A DNA stretch of 64,000 nt, from NCBI GenBank assembly GCA_965215885.1, contig CBDCEW010000105.1, positions 96,001 to 160,000 on the forward strand, written 5' to 3'. The notes beneath the pieces are model-generated. The model was given only the letters and a program-made list of their open reading frames with translations, was not told where the DNA came from and searched no databases. Of this stretch, positions 40,391 to 50,118 are shown in pieces. The translations under genes and the position numbers were made by a program. How positions within the stretch are numbered: the first letter of the stretch is position 1; the number at the start of each line of letters is the position of its first letter. Source of the DNA: Candidatus Moanibacter sp. Lineage in GTDB: Bacteria > Verrucomicrobiota > Verrucomicrobiia > Opitutales > UBA2987.

Positions 40391-42284
40391 CAGGGTAAAA
40401 GGATTCCAGGAAGCAACTAGCTGATAAGCAAGAAGATAAAAAAAGAGCTAAACAAACCCGAGGGAATCAGTCATGTTAAGATGGGATGAAAGACAAAAAA
40501 TCTTACCAACTGAATCCTTCGATAGATCGTTTAACTCTGCGTCTGGTCCTGCCCGAAGAGCAGGAGCGATTCAATGATCTATTGAAACAACATCATTATT
40601 TACACAGTGCGGGCAGCGCAGGAGAGACCCTGCGCTATGTGGCGCAGATCGACGGGCAATGGATGGGCCTGCTCTTGTGGGGGGCCGCATCCTACCGGCT
40701 GAAGGATCGAGACGAATGGATCGGGTGGGACGGGGCGCAACGGCATGCACGATTGAAACTGGTAGTACAGAACCGGCGTTTTCTGATTTTGCCCGGGGTG
40801 GATCTTGCAAATTTGGCCTCCAAGACGTTGGGTATGTGCCTGAGAGTCTTAGCCGATCACTGGCAGGAGGCTTTTGGCTATCGTCCCTTAGTAGCGGAAA
40901 CGTTCGTGGACCCACAGATTCACCGGGGCACTTGCTACGAAGCGAGCGGGTGGACGCCCTTGGGCTTGAGCGCGGGATATGGCCGCCAACGCGAAGATTT
41001 CTATCAACGCCATGAGCGTCCCAAGCAGATCTGGGTCAAACCCCTCAAGGCTAATGCCCTTGAGCTTTTGCGCGCTTCAGGGCCATTGCCCGCGGCACAG
41101 AGCCAGGCGCTCAATGAAACCGATAACTCCCATGCGGTCTGCCTCAAAGTGGAACAGATGAGCAGCCTGTGGGAACGCTTCAATCAGATAGAAGACTTCC
41201 GTCGTAAAGCGGGCCTTAGATATCGGCTCGCCACGGTCCTGAGCATGATTGTGCTCGGCACGATGTGCGGCAAACAGACCCTCAAGGGCATCGTGCGCCT
41301 GGCCCATCATCTCAATCAAGCCCAATTGCGCGCCTTACGCTCCTGGAAAAACCCCAAAACAGGCCGCTATAAGGCCCCTTGCTATGATGTCTTCTATCGG
41401 GTCTTGCAAAACGTAAAGGCCGAGCTCTTCGATAAAACCCTCACCGAATTCATCTGCTTACAAGACGGCTGTTTGCCCCGCGATATTGCCGTCGACGGCA
41501 AGACCCTCAAAGGCACAAACACCGAAGAATCAAAGGCTCTGCACCTGGTGGCCGCAGTCGATCACCAAAGCGCTCAAACCTTAGCCCAAGTCGCTACCGC
41601 CGATAAATCCAACGCGATCACCGCCGCCCAGACTCTCTTGCGAAAGATGCCCATTTTGGACGGCTCCACCTTCACCTTCGACGCCATGCATAATCAAAAA
41701 GAAACTGCCCACATCGTCGTCGAAGAACTCAGTGCTGACTATGTTATTCAAATTAAAGACAATCAGCCCAACATGCATCAATACGCTCAGAATCTCTTCA
41801 GCTCCACCCCCTTTTTCTCCACCAAACCGTGGACAATGACCATGGGCGACTCGAAATACGTCAAATAGCAACCCATTCTCTAAGCGCTCCCTCTGCCGGC
41901 CTGCCCCATGCCCGCCAGTTCGCCTGTGTGCAACGCACCTTCCATTATCCAAACAAAGCTGAACCTTCCTCTGAACGCTCTTACTACGTAAGCAGTCTCG
42001 ATCCCGCCGATTTGAGCCCTCAACAGTTCCTCTCGAAAATTCGCAACCATTGGTCGATCGAAAATAAAAATCATTACCCCAGGGATCGCTTCTTCGATGA
42101 AGATCGATGTATGATCCGTAATCATAACGCAGCCAGAATTCTTGCTGCATGCAGGCAACTGGTTCTCAGCCTCAAGTCTTCCATGGGCGCTGAATCCACT
42201 CCCGCACTCTGTGATGATTTCGTCTTTAACTTACATAAGGCCATCAATATCATCACCTAATGCTCCGAGAATCAAAATACCGTG
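40391..42284 (+). mobile_element. ISAs1-family element with DUF4338 fusion, copy 2
   Basis: Left end CAGGGTAAAAGGATTC; imperfect right end GAATCAAAATACCGTG; no TSD. Confidence 0.85.
40486..42260 (+). CDS. DUF4338(DruA-like)-ISAs1 transposase; -1 frameshift near 41810
   Basis: HHYL..G..LRY, RDEWIGW, NRRFLILP, ETFVD..GTCY.ASGW (DUF4338); AVDGKTL, FDAMH; -1 frame reads HGRLEIR and RNHWSIEN..H..RD..FDED. Confidence 0.88.
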
Positions 42285-44184
42285 GGCCCGCGAAGTTTCC
42301 GCATCCTTGGAAGGATCGAGATATAGAAATCTCGCGTAGTAGAGCCAGGCAGTAGCATTGCTCGTAGTAGAGCCAGGCAGTAGCATTGCTCGGACAAAGG
42401 GCGACGGCCTTCTCGTAATAAGGGCGGGCCTCTTCAAAGGGGCGGCCCTCTACGAGAAGCGCCATACCGTAGTGGGCGTGCGCGGCCCACAACTCGTTAC
42501 TGATTGCAATAGCCCTGGCCGCCTTCTCCCGCGCTTCGCTACCTGTTGCTTCACCGTTATCGCGCTTCCAGGAGTAAGTCTGCAGCACCGTCAATGCGAG
42601 GTCACTCCAGGCCAGACCATGCTCCTCATTCCACACCAGTGCCTCCCGAAAACTCCCCATCGTTTCCTGCAAATATGCCAGATTACCGCGAAGTCGGCTC
42701 TTGTTTTCATTATAAAAATCCAGGCTTTCTTCACCTTCGAGGTGACGCGCCGCGGCCAGAAAAGTCATCGCCCCCTTTATTCCGATGGCGGATCCGAGCA
42801 ATATACACACCGAGAGCCAAAGGAGAGGGAACAAGCGCCAATGAGACAGAACGAGACTACGCCTGGAAGTGAATTTGACAACAAAGGCAAAGAATGTCGC
42901 CACGACAAAGAGGAGAGCCGGGATCTTCAGGTGAAAATCGACGAATAGATGGATGGCGAAGCCAAGCGCGCTGATCAGGATTGCCCCAAGGAAAACCTTC
43001 GATGTCGGCACTACGCGATGCTTTTTCCCCTTGGGCAAAACCAGAAATGGAATACGCCTCCATGTTTCCCATCCTCTATAAACGAGATATCCTGCCGGTC
43101 CGAAGAAGAGGAGGAATCCGACCACACCGAGGTCACTCAGCGTATTCAAGTAATCATTATGGGTGTATCGGGGCCCAATCTGCGCCTCCGGGTTCCGGTA
43201 GCGCTCAAAGACCATTTCAAAACTACCGATTCCCGTGCCAAGAAACGGGTGTTTAGCAAAGATCTCCGCACCGGTCTGCCACATCCACTTGCGAGTTTTT
43301 TCCCCTCGTTCTTCAAATACCCGGTCAACTCGCTCCTTGAAAATGGGGACAGTTGCATAGAGCAGGAGGATGATTACCGTGGTTCCAGCCAACGTCACCG
43401 TCCAGGCAATGATCCTTCCAGAGCCCTTCCCTGCCGTGAAGTAGGGTAGAGCCATGCATACCCCAAGGAAACCGATCCAACCGCCTCGACTGCCCGACAT
43501 GACAAGGCCGGCGATAAAGAGAACCGTCAAAAGACCGGAAAGAATCCTTGCCATAACAGAGATTCTGCGGGTGCATGCCACGAGCATGAGGAAGGCAGCC
43601 AACAATCCCATCATGGCGCCAAAATTATTCGGCGACCCAAAAGTTCCCCACGCCCTCCCTTCGTACTGTTCAAACTGCCGCCTGCCCATCGGCAGCCAGG
43701 TCGGGTCTTCAAAGAATTCTCTGGCACCAAAATAGAGCGAGACAAGACCCACGGAAGCAATCCAGGAGATCAATATCCAGAGTTGCCTCTTTTCACGCAA
43801 ATTATGGATGGCGACCCAATATATCACACCACCGAGAGCGAGGACAAAAAATTCTTCCCTTCCCCACCAGGGAGTCGGTGTGACCAGACGGTAGCTGACA
43901 TAGGCGTAAAGCAGGAAGGGAATAAAAATCAAACCCAACCGATTAAACCGTATTGGTCGTTCCGGCTGTAATCCGACCCAGCAGCCATGCAATATCAGCA
44001 ACACACCAACTAATACGGATAGGCCGGCTTCCGCTTGGGGATGATGGCCTCCCAAGTTCCAGACGGCATAACCGATCGTTACACCCAACCATAAGAGGAT
44101 GGCCCAGTCCAGGAGGCTGCCCGGTTGTAATGAGTCGAGTCGACTCTTTTTTCTTGGACTGGAGTCTCGGCTGAGTTTCGGCAC
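42285..44184 (-). CDS. O-antigen ligase (Wzy_C) family protein with C-terminal TPR; 3' end disrupted
   Basis: GTFGSPNNFG, SGSRGGW, PFLGTGIGSF, YTHNDYL; 28-bp duplication and IS junction at the 3' end. Confidence 0.85.
42335..42390. repeat. 28-bp perfect tandem duplication
   Basis: CGTAGTAGAGCCAGGCAGTAGCATTGCT x2. Confidence 0.95.
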
Positions 44185-44278
44185 CGCATTCTAATGAAAC
44201 CTTGCCAAATTAGATCTGTCAGCTTTAAAGACCAAACGCAGAAATTGACTAGAGAAACTGGTTAAGGTCGAATAGCCT

Positions 44279-45271
44279 ATGCAAGCAAATATCAGCGAGA
44301 TAAATGAGAGGGTAAGAGAGTCTTCAAACTGGGTAAGTCTTCTCCAGAGAGAGATTGGCCGTGTAATCGTCGGTCAGAAATATCTGGTGGACCGATTAAT
44401 CGTCGGTCTCGTGGCTAACGGCCATGTTCTCCTGGAAGGAGTGCCGGGTCTGGCTAAGACCCTTTCCATACGCACGCTGGCTGCGGCCATTGAGGCACAG
44501 TTTCAGCGGATCCAGTTCACGCCTGACCTCCTGCCCGCCGACATTATCGGCACTCTCATCTACAATCCCCGTGAGGGCGAGTTTTCCACCAAGAAGGGTC
44601 CGGTTTTCGCAAATTTGATTCTCGCCGATGAGATCAATCGCGCCCCTGCCAAAGTACAGAGCGCTCTCCTCGAGAGCATGCAGGAAAGGCAAGTAACGAT
44701 CGGCGAGAATACCTACCCGCTACCCGACCCTTTCCTGGTATTGGCAACGGAGAATCCGATCGATCAGGAGGGCACCTACCCTCTGCCGGAGGCACAGCTT
44801 GACCGGTTCATGCTGAAACTCAAAATCGGCTATCCCAGCCGCGATGAAGAACGCAAAATCCTCGACACCATGGCCTCCACGACGCCTCAGACAGGAGTGA
44901 ACGGCGTCATCGATCCAGCCAGGATTATCGAGTCACGCAATACCGTAAACGATATCTATATCGATGAGAAGGTGCGGGACTACATCGTCGATATCGTATT
45001 TGCCACCCGAGAACCCGAAAAGTTCAACCTCAAAGACATTCAGGATTTCATCCAATACGGCGCCTCTCCGCGGGCCACCATCAACCTCACTCTGGCCGCA
45101 AAAGCATGGGCCTTCCTCGAGGGCCGCGGCTACGTCACCCCACAGGACGTCAAAACGATCGGGATGGATGTGCTCCGGCATCGGGTTATTATCACCTATG
45201 AGGCTGAAGCCGAAGACATTTCGAGCGAAGACATGATTCAGAACATCTTCGAAACTATACCGGTGCCGTAA
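44279..45271 (+). CDS. moxR: MoxR family AAA+ ATPase
   Basis: HVLLEGVPGLAKT, RIQFTPDLLPAD, LADEINRAPAKVQSALLE, EGTYPLPEAQLDRF. Confidence 0.96.
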   Translation: MQANISEINERVRESSNWVSLLQREIGRVIVGQKYLVDRLIVGLVANGHVLLEGVPGLAKTLSIRTLAAAIEAQFQRIQFTPDLLPADIIGTLIYNPREGEFSTKKGPVFANLILADEINRAPAKVQSALLESMQERQVTIGENTYPLPDPFLVLATENPIDQEGTYPLPEAQLDRFMLKLKIGYPSRDEERKILDTMASTTPQTGVNGVIDPARIIESRNTVNDIYIDEKVRDYIVDIVFATREPEKFNLKDIQDFIQYGASPRATINLTLAAKAWAFLEGRGYVTPQDVKTIGMDVLRHRVIITYEAEAEDISSEDMIQNIFETIPVP

Positions 45272-45286
45272 AACAAAGGATGTAAG

Positions 45287-46219
45287 GTGCCTGAAACCGC
45301 GGAGATAACCAAGGAGATCTTAAAGAAGGTCCGTCAGGTTGAGATTCGAAGTCGCCGGTTTGTGACTGAATCTATGGTCGGCGCTTACCATAGTGTCTTT
45401 AAGGGTCAGGGAATGGATTTTGAGGAAGTTCGCGAGTACACTCCGGGTGATGATGTGCGCGACATCGACTGGAATGTCACCGCGAAGATGGATAGACCGT
45501 TCATTAAGAAGTATCGGGAGGAACGCGAGCTGACGATCATGCTCTGTGTAGACCTCAGCGCCTCAGGCGACTTCGGCTCTGTCGAGCAAAGCAAGCGCGA
45601 ACTGGCCGCCGAAATGGCCAGCGTCCTCGCTTTTTCCGCGACGCGAAACAATGACAAGGTGGGGCTCCTTCTCTTTACCGATCAGATTGAAAAAGTGATA
45701 CTCCCAAAGAAGGGACGCCAGCATGTATTGAGGGTCATACGGGAGATCCTCTTCTTTGAACCGAAACACACCGGAACAGACATTACCCTGGCCTTGAATA
45801 CGCTCAACCGCATCATCCGCCGGCGAGCGATTACTTTTCTCCTTTCCGATTTTCTAACGGAAGAATCATTAGCATGGATACGCCCTCAGACGAAAGGGCA
45901 AGACGTTATCTTCAAGACGATTGCGCTGACCAACAAAAGGCACGACCTGATCTGCATCGACCTCTCCGATCCACGGGAGTTTGCATTGCCTAACGTTGGA
46001 ATTATCGCACTGGAAGATGCCGAGTCCGGTGAAATGGTCGAAATCGATACCGCCAACTCCCAACTGCGAAGCTTATACGCGCATCAGAACAAGGTGCGAT
46101 ACGAGAGTCTATTGCGCGGTTTTCGCCAGAGCGGAGTAGATAATCTTTCCGTGTCCACGGATACTCCCTATATGAACGCACTGCGAGAGTTCTTTCAGAA
46201 GCGGGAAAAAAGGAGATGA
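45287..46219 (+). CDS. DUF58 domain protein
   Basis: FKGQGMDFEEVREY.PGDDVRDIDWNVTA, EEREL; follows moxR. Confidence 0.94.
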   Translation: MPETAEITKEILKKVRQVEIRSRRFVTESMVGAYHSVFKGQGMDFEEVREYTPGDDVRDIDWNVTAKMDRPFIKKYREERELTIMLCVDLSASGDFGSVEQSKRELAAEMASVLAFSATRNNDKVGLLLFTDQIEKVILPKKGRQHVLRVIREILFFEPKHTGTDITLALNTLNRIIRRRAITFLLSDFLTEESLAWIRPQTKGQDVIFKTIALTNKRHDLICIDLSDPREFALPNVGIIALEDAESGEMVEIDTANSQLRSLYAHQNKVRYESLLRGFRQSGVDNLSVSTDTPYMNALREFFQKREKRR

Positions 46220-47070
46220 ATGAGGCTCGAAAAGTATGCTCTTCTCCACGCCGTAATCCGTCACGCTTAGGAAGCCCGAAGGCGCGCTTTCCACGACATT
46301 CAGGGACCTTCTTGAACGCAACTTCCCCGAGAGGGCGGAAAGCGCGTTCCCGCGGGTGCAATCCTGCCACACTTATCTACACCCTCATGTTGACAGCGAT
46401 GGCGCAACTACAGGGCCAGGTCGCAATCCCGAATCTTGACGGCGAGGAGGGAGCGGAATCCGGCGCCAACGCACCTATCCAGATAGCGCCTATTCCGGAT
46501 ACGCCCCTGCCGTCACCTCCCCTTCAATCACAGCTTCCTTCCGCGGAGGAGCCAGGTGACATTCGCGACATTAGAGATCCCGTATCGATTCCGAATCCGT
46601 GGTTTCCCTACCTGATTGCGGGAGCCGCATTCCTCGTCCTGATTATTCTCGGTTTCCTGATCTATTTCATTGTTAAAAGGCTCAAGAGCAGGCCAGCTGT
46701 CCCTCCCATCGATCCCTATGATCAGGCCCTCGAGGATCTCAGGGCTACTCGCCCGCTCATGAAAGCGGGTTGTGACAAAGAGTTTTCCATTGCCGTTTCA
46801 GACGCAGTACGTTATTTTCTTGAGCGCCAGTTCGCACTTCCTGCTCCGGAATTTACCACCGAGGAATTCCTTTCCCACATTCAGGACCACGATCTCATAA
46901 AAGAAAAGCTGGCAGACACCTTTTCCGATTTTCTTCGGCAGTGCGACATGGCCAAATTCGCGCGGCAGGCCTTTGGGCTTAGCGGTATGAGCGACCTCTA
47001 CGGGAAAGCCGAGACTCTCATCGAAGAAACCTACTTGAAACAAAAAATGAAGGCCGCCGTCCTCGAATGA
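46216..47070 (+). CDS. Bat-operon membrane protein (DUF4381-like)
   Basis: DIRDIRDP, single TM, TTEEFL, DMAKFA; ATGA overlaps on both sides. Alternative start at 46387. Confidence 0.75.
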   Translation: MNEARKVCSSPRRNPSRLGSPKARFPRHSGTFLNATSPRGRKARSRGCNPATLIYTLMLTAMAQLQGQVAIPNLDGEEGAESGANAPIQIAPIPDTPLPSPPLQSQLPSAEEPGDIRDIRDPVSIPNPWFPYLIAGAAFLVLIILGFLIYFIVKRLKSRPAVPPIDPYDQALEDLRATRPLMKAGCDKEFSIAVSDAVRYFLERQFALPAPEFTTEEFLSHIQDHDLIKEKLADTFSDFLRQCDMAKFARQAFGLSGMSDLYGKAETLIEETYLKQKMKAAVLE

Positions 47071-48128
47071 ATGTCATTGAGAATCTCGTTTCTTTCCTCG
47101 AGAAAATTGCCTTCGCAACACCTGAATTTCTCTGGTTGCTTTTGGCTATTCCTATTTTGGCGCTACTCAAAGGCCGCCGTGGCACAGCTGCCGCCGTTCG
47201 ATTTCCTGCCACGGGACTGGCCCGGCAGGTGGCGGCCTTTGTCCGCAGCCGGCCGGGACGCTTTCTCATCAAACTGCGCCTGATTGCCCTCACTTGTCTG
47301 ATTATGGCCTTGGCTCGCCCCCAATGGATCAGCGGTATCAACGAAATCGAGTCAAGCGGCATCGATATCGTCCTGGCGGTAGATCTCTCCTCATCGATGT
47401 GGGCGCATGATTTCAAGATTAAGGGTAAACCCACGGATCGTTTGACGGTGGTTAAGCAGGTTATGGAGGACTTCATAGAGAAGCGACCCAACGACAGAAT
47501 AGGAATTGTCGCTTTTGCGGGTGCGCCCTACCTGGTAAGTCCATTAACCTTGAATCATGAATGGCTCCTGCAAAACCTGGGGCGCCTGAAAATTGGCCTC
47601 GTCGAAGACGGCACCGCGATCGGTTCAGCAATTGGTATGAGCGTTAATCGATTGCGAGCACAGAATGCCAAGAGCCGCATACTCATCCTTCTGACCGATG
47701 GCGCCAACAACCGGGGAAAGATAAGCCCCATCGCGGCAGCGGAGGCGGCCGCGGCTTTCGGCATCAAGACCTACACGATTGGCGCGGGCCGGGAAGGAGA
47801 AGTGCCGATGCCCTACCGGTTGGATCGGCAGGGCAACCCGGTGCGCGACCGGCGCGGCAAGGTCCTGCTACGGCCTGCGAAGTCGGATATCGACATCGAA
47901 TCGCTAAGTAAAATCGCCGAAATTACTCAGGCGCGCTTTTTTCGAGCCACCGACCTGGAGACCCTGGAGGATATTTATGACGAAATCGATGAACTCGAAA
48001 AATCTGAGATTAAACTGAAATTTCGCGCCAGCTTTACGGATTTCTTTATGTGGCCGGCTCTGGCTGGTCTCATCCTCCTGGGCCTGGAGCAACTCCTTTC
48101 CAATTCTCGATTTCGAAGGCTTCCATGA
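47067..48128 (+). CDS. batA: vWA domain protein BatA
   Basis: ALARPQ, DIVLAVDLSSSM, DRIGIVAF, GTAIGSAI, LLTDGANN. Confidence 0.9.
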   Translation: MNVIENLVSFLEKIAFATPEFLWLLLAIPILALLKGRRGTAAAVRFPATGLARQVAAFVRSRPGRFLIKLRLIALTCLIMALARPQWISGINEIESSGIDIVLAVDLSSSMWAHDFKIKGKPTDRLTVVKQVMEDFIEKRPNDRIGIVAFAGAPYLVSPLTLNHEWLLQNLGRLKIGLVEDGTAIGSAIGMSVNRLRAQNAKSRILILLTDGANNRGKISPIAAAEAAAAFGIKTYTIGAGREGEVPMPYRLDRQGNPVRDRRGKVLLRPAKSDIDIESLSKIAEITQARFFRATDLETLEDIYDEIDELEKSEIKLKFRASFTDFFMWPALAGLILLGLEQLLSNSRFRRLP

Positions 48129-48207
48129 CTTCAAAAGGGATGGCGAAATACCGCAAGCATCAGATTCTCTTTCCTTTTCGGCAGAGACATAAACAGTCGT
48201 TTTGATC

Positions 48208-50118
48208 ATGACTTTTGAGAGTACATCCTGGCTCATCGCGGCTCTAATTCTGCTGCCTGTCCTGACTCTACTCTACCTGCAATTGGAGAGATCCAAGAAG
48301 AGCCGACTGGCGTCTTTTGCGGCATCAAAACTGATCGAGGATCTCGCCGCTTCCCTAAGCACTCGAAAAAGGAATCTTAAAGCCGTCCTCCTTATCCTGG
48401 CGATCGTTTTAATAGCGATTTCACTGGCGCGACCCCGGTGGGGCTACGACTGGCAGGAAACAAAAGGCAAAGGAATCGATATTCTAATTGCACTCGATAC
48501 TTCCAAAAGCATGCTCGCCGAAGATATAAGGCCGAACCGGCTGGACCGGGCAAAATTGGCCATACTCGATCTCCTGGAGCGAATTGAAGGCGATCGCGTG
48601 GGTCTCATCGCATTTTCTGGAAGCGCATTCCTGCAATGCCCTCTAACTCTGGATTACGACGCTTATCGTCAGACCTTGGAAACGGTCGACACTAACATCA
48701 TCTCCCTGGGAGGAACGAATATGGCCGCTGCAATCGCGGAAGCCCAGGCTTCTTTCGCCCAGGACGACAATTTTCGAATCCTCGTTCTCATTACCGATGG
48801 CGAAGACCTGGAAGCGGCGGGAATCGAACAAGCTCGCCTCGCGGCAGAGGGAAAAGTGACAATTTACACGGTGGGAGTGGGAAGCCCGAGCGGAGAACTC
48901 ATCCCGGTCAGAATGGAAGACGGGAGCGTCGATTTTCTTCGCGACAATCGGGGAAATGTCGTAAAGACGCGGCTCGACGAGACAACCCTCACGGAAATCT
49001 CCTCTTCGACGGGCGGTTTTTACGTTCCCCTTGGAAGCACAGGTGAAGGTCTGGAGGAGGTCTACAACGTCGGTCTCCAGTCGATTCCGAAGCAGGAACG
49101 CGAGGCGAGGCTTCATAAAATTCCCCACGAGCGATTTCAATGGCCCCTCGGTCTGGCCGTTTGTGCGCTCATCATGGAGTCATTCCTCAGCACAAGGCGC
49201 CGGCGAGTAATTCGGGCACCAATGCCCTTGCGATGGGCAAGCATGCTCGTGCTGTCCCTTTTTCTCGTGACAGGAGAACCCATCAAGGCCTCGCCGCAAG
49301 ATGCCCAGGACCTCTACAACGAAGGGGATTTCGAAGAGGCGGAAAGACAATACCGGGAAGCGATCGAGAAGTCGCCGGAAGATTCGCGTTTGCAGTTCAA
49401 TCTTGGCGCAACTCAGTACCGTGAAGGTGCCTTTGATAACGCTGAAGAAGCACTCCAGAACGCTCTCCAGACGGAAGACCTGGAATTGCAAGGAAACACA
49501 TTTTACAACCTCGGAAACACCCATTTCCGAATGGGACAGACCACTCTCCAGACCGATCCCCAGTCAACTATTGAGCTCTGGGAAAAGGGTCTGAAAGACT
49601 ACGAAAACGCTCTCAACCTCGACCCCGCGGACGAAGACGCCAGGTTCAACACCGAATTCCTGGAGAAGCGGCTGGAAGAGCTCAAGAAACAATTGGAACA
49701 ACAACAGCAGAACGAGGAGAATAACGAAGAACAAAACCAAGAGGAGAGCAGTCAGAGTCAGGAGAGTGAACGGCAGGACGAGGAGCAGCAGCAGAGCGAT
49801 AGTGAACAGCCGGACGGGGGCCAGCAACAAAGTGAGAGTGAGCAGAGTGAAGAGGAGCAGTCGGCCGAAAATGAACCTGCAGAGCAGGAAGATGCAAAGG
49901 AGGAAAATCAGAAAGAGCAGATGCAGCAGACGAGCGAATCTGAAGAAACAGATGAAGGAGATGAACGGGAGCCACAGGTGGCCTCGGGCCGCATGACTCG
50001 TGAAGAAGCCCGTCAGTTGCTCGATTCCATGAAGAGCGAAGAAAGGAAACTCCCGATTGCGATTTTTGAGATCGACGATCCGAAGAGAGCAAGAGAGAGA
50101 ACCCTGAAGGACTGGTGA
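48208..50118 (+). CDS. batB: vWA + TPR protein (BatB-BatC fusion) with Q/E-rich tail
   Basis: LDTSKSMLAEDIRPNRL, LITDGED, TPRs (YNLGN), acidic low-complexity region, KDW C-terminus. Confidence 0.88.
   Translation: MTFESTSWLIAALILLPVLTLLYLQLERSKKSRLASFAASKLIEDLAASLSTRKRNLKAVLLILAIVLIAISLARPRWGYDWQETKGKGIDILIALDTSKSMLAEDIRPNRLDRAKLAILDLLERIEGDRVGLIAFSGSAFLQCPLTLDYDAYRQTLETVDTNIISLGGTNMAAAIAEAQASFAQDDNFRILVLITDGEDLEAAGIEQARLAAEGKVTIYTVGVGSPSGELIPVRMEDGSVDFLRDNRGNVVKTRLDETTLTEISSSTGGFYVPLGSTGEGLEEVYNVGLQSIPKQEREARLHKIPHERFQWPLGLAVCALIMESFLSTRRRRVIRAPMPLRWASMLVLSLFLVTGEPIKASPQDAQDLYNEGDFEEAERQYREAIEKSPEDSRLQFNLGATQYREGAFDNAEEALQNALQTEDLELQGNTFYNLGNTHFRMGQTTLQTDPQSTIELWEKGLKDYENALNLDPADEDARFNTEFLEKRLEELKKQLEQQQQNEENNEEQNQEESSQSQESERQDEEQQQSDSEQPDGGQQQSESEQSEEEQSAENEPAEQEDAKEENQKEQMQQTSESEETDEGDEREPQVASGRMTREEARQLLDSMKSEERKLPIAIFEIDDPKRARERTLKDW

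Noticed and set aside
40486..41100. Complete Druantia defence system
   Set aside because: Only the DruA-like domain is present, inside an IS; there is no DruE helicase or other dru gene in the window.
49690..49970. Purine-rich low-complexity tract as a DNA repeat element
   Set aside because: It encodes the Q/E-rich linker usual in BatB/BatC proteins.
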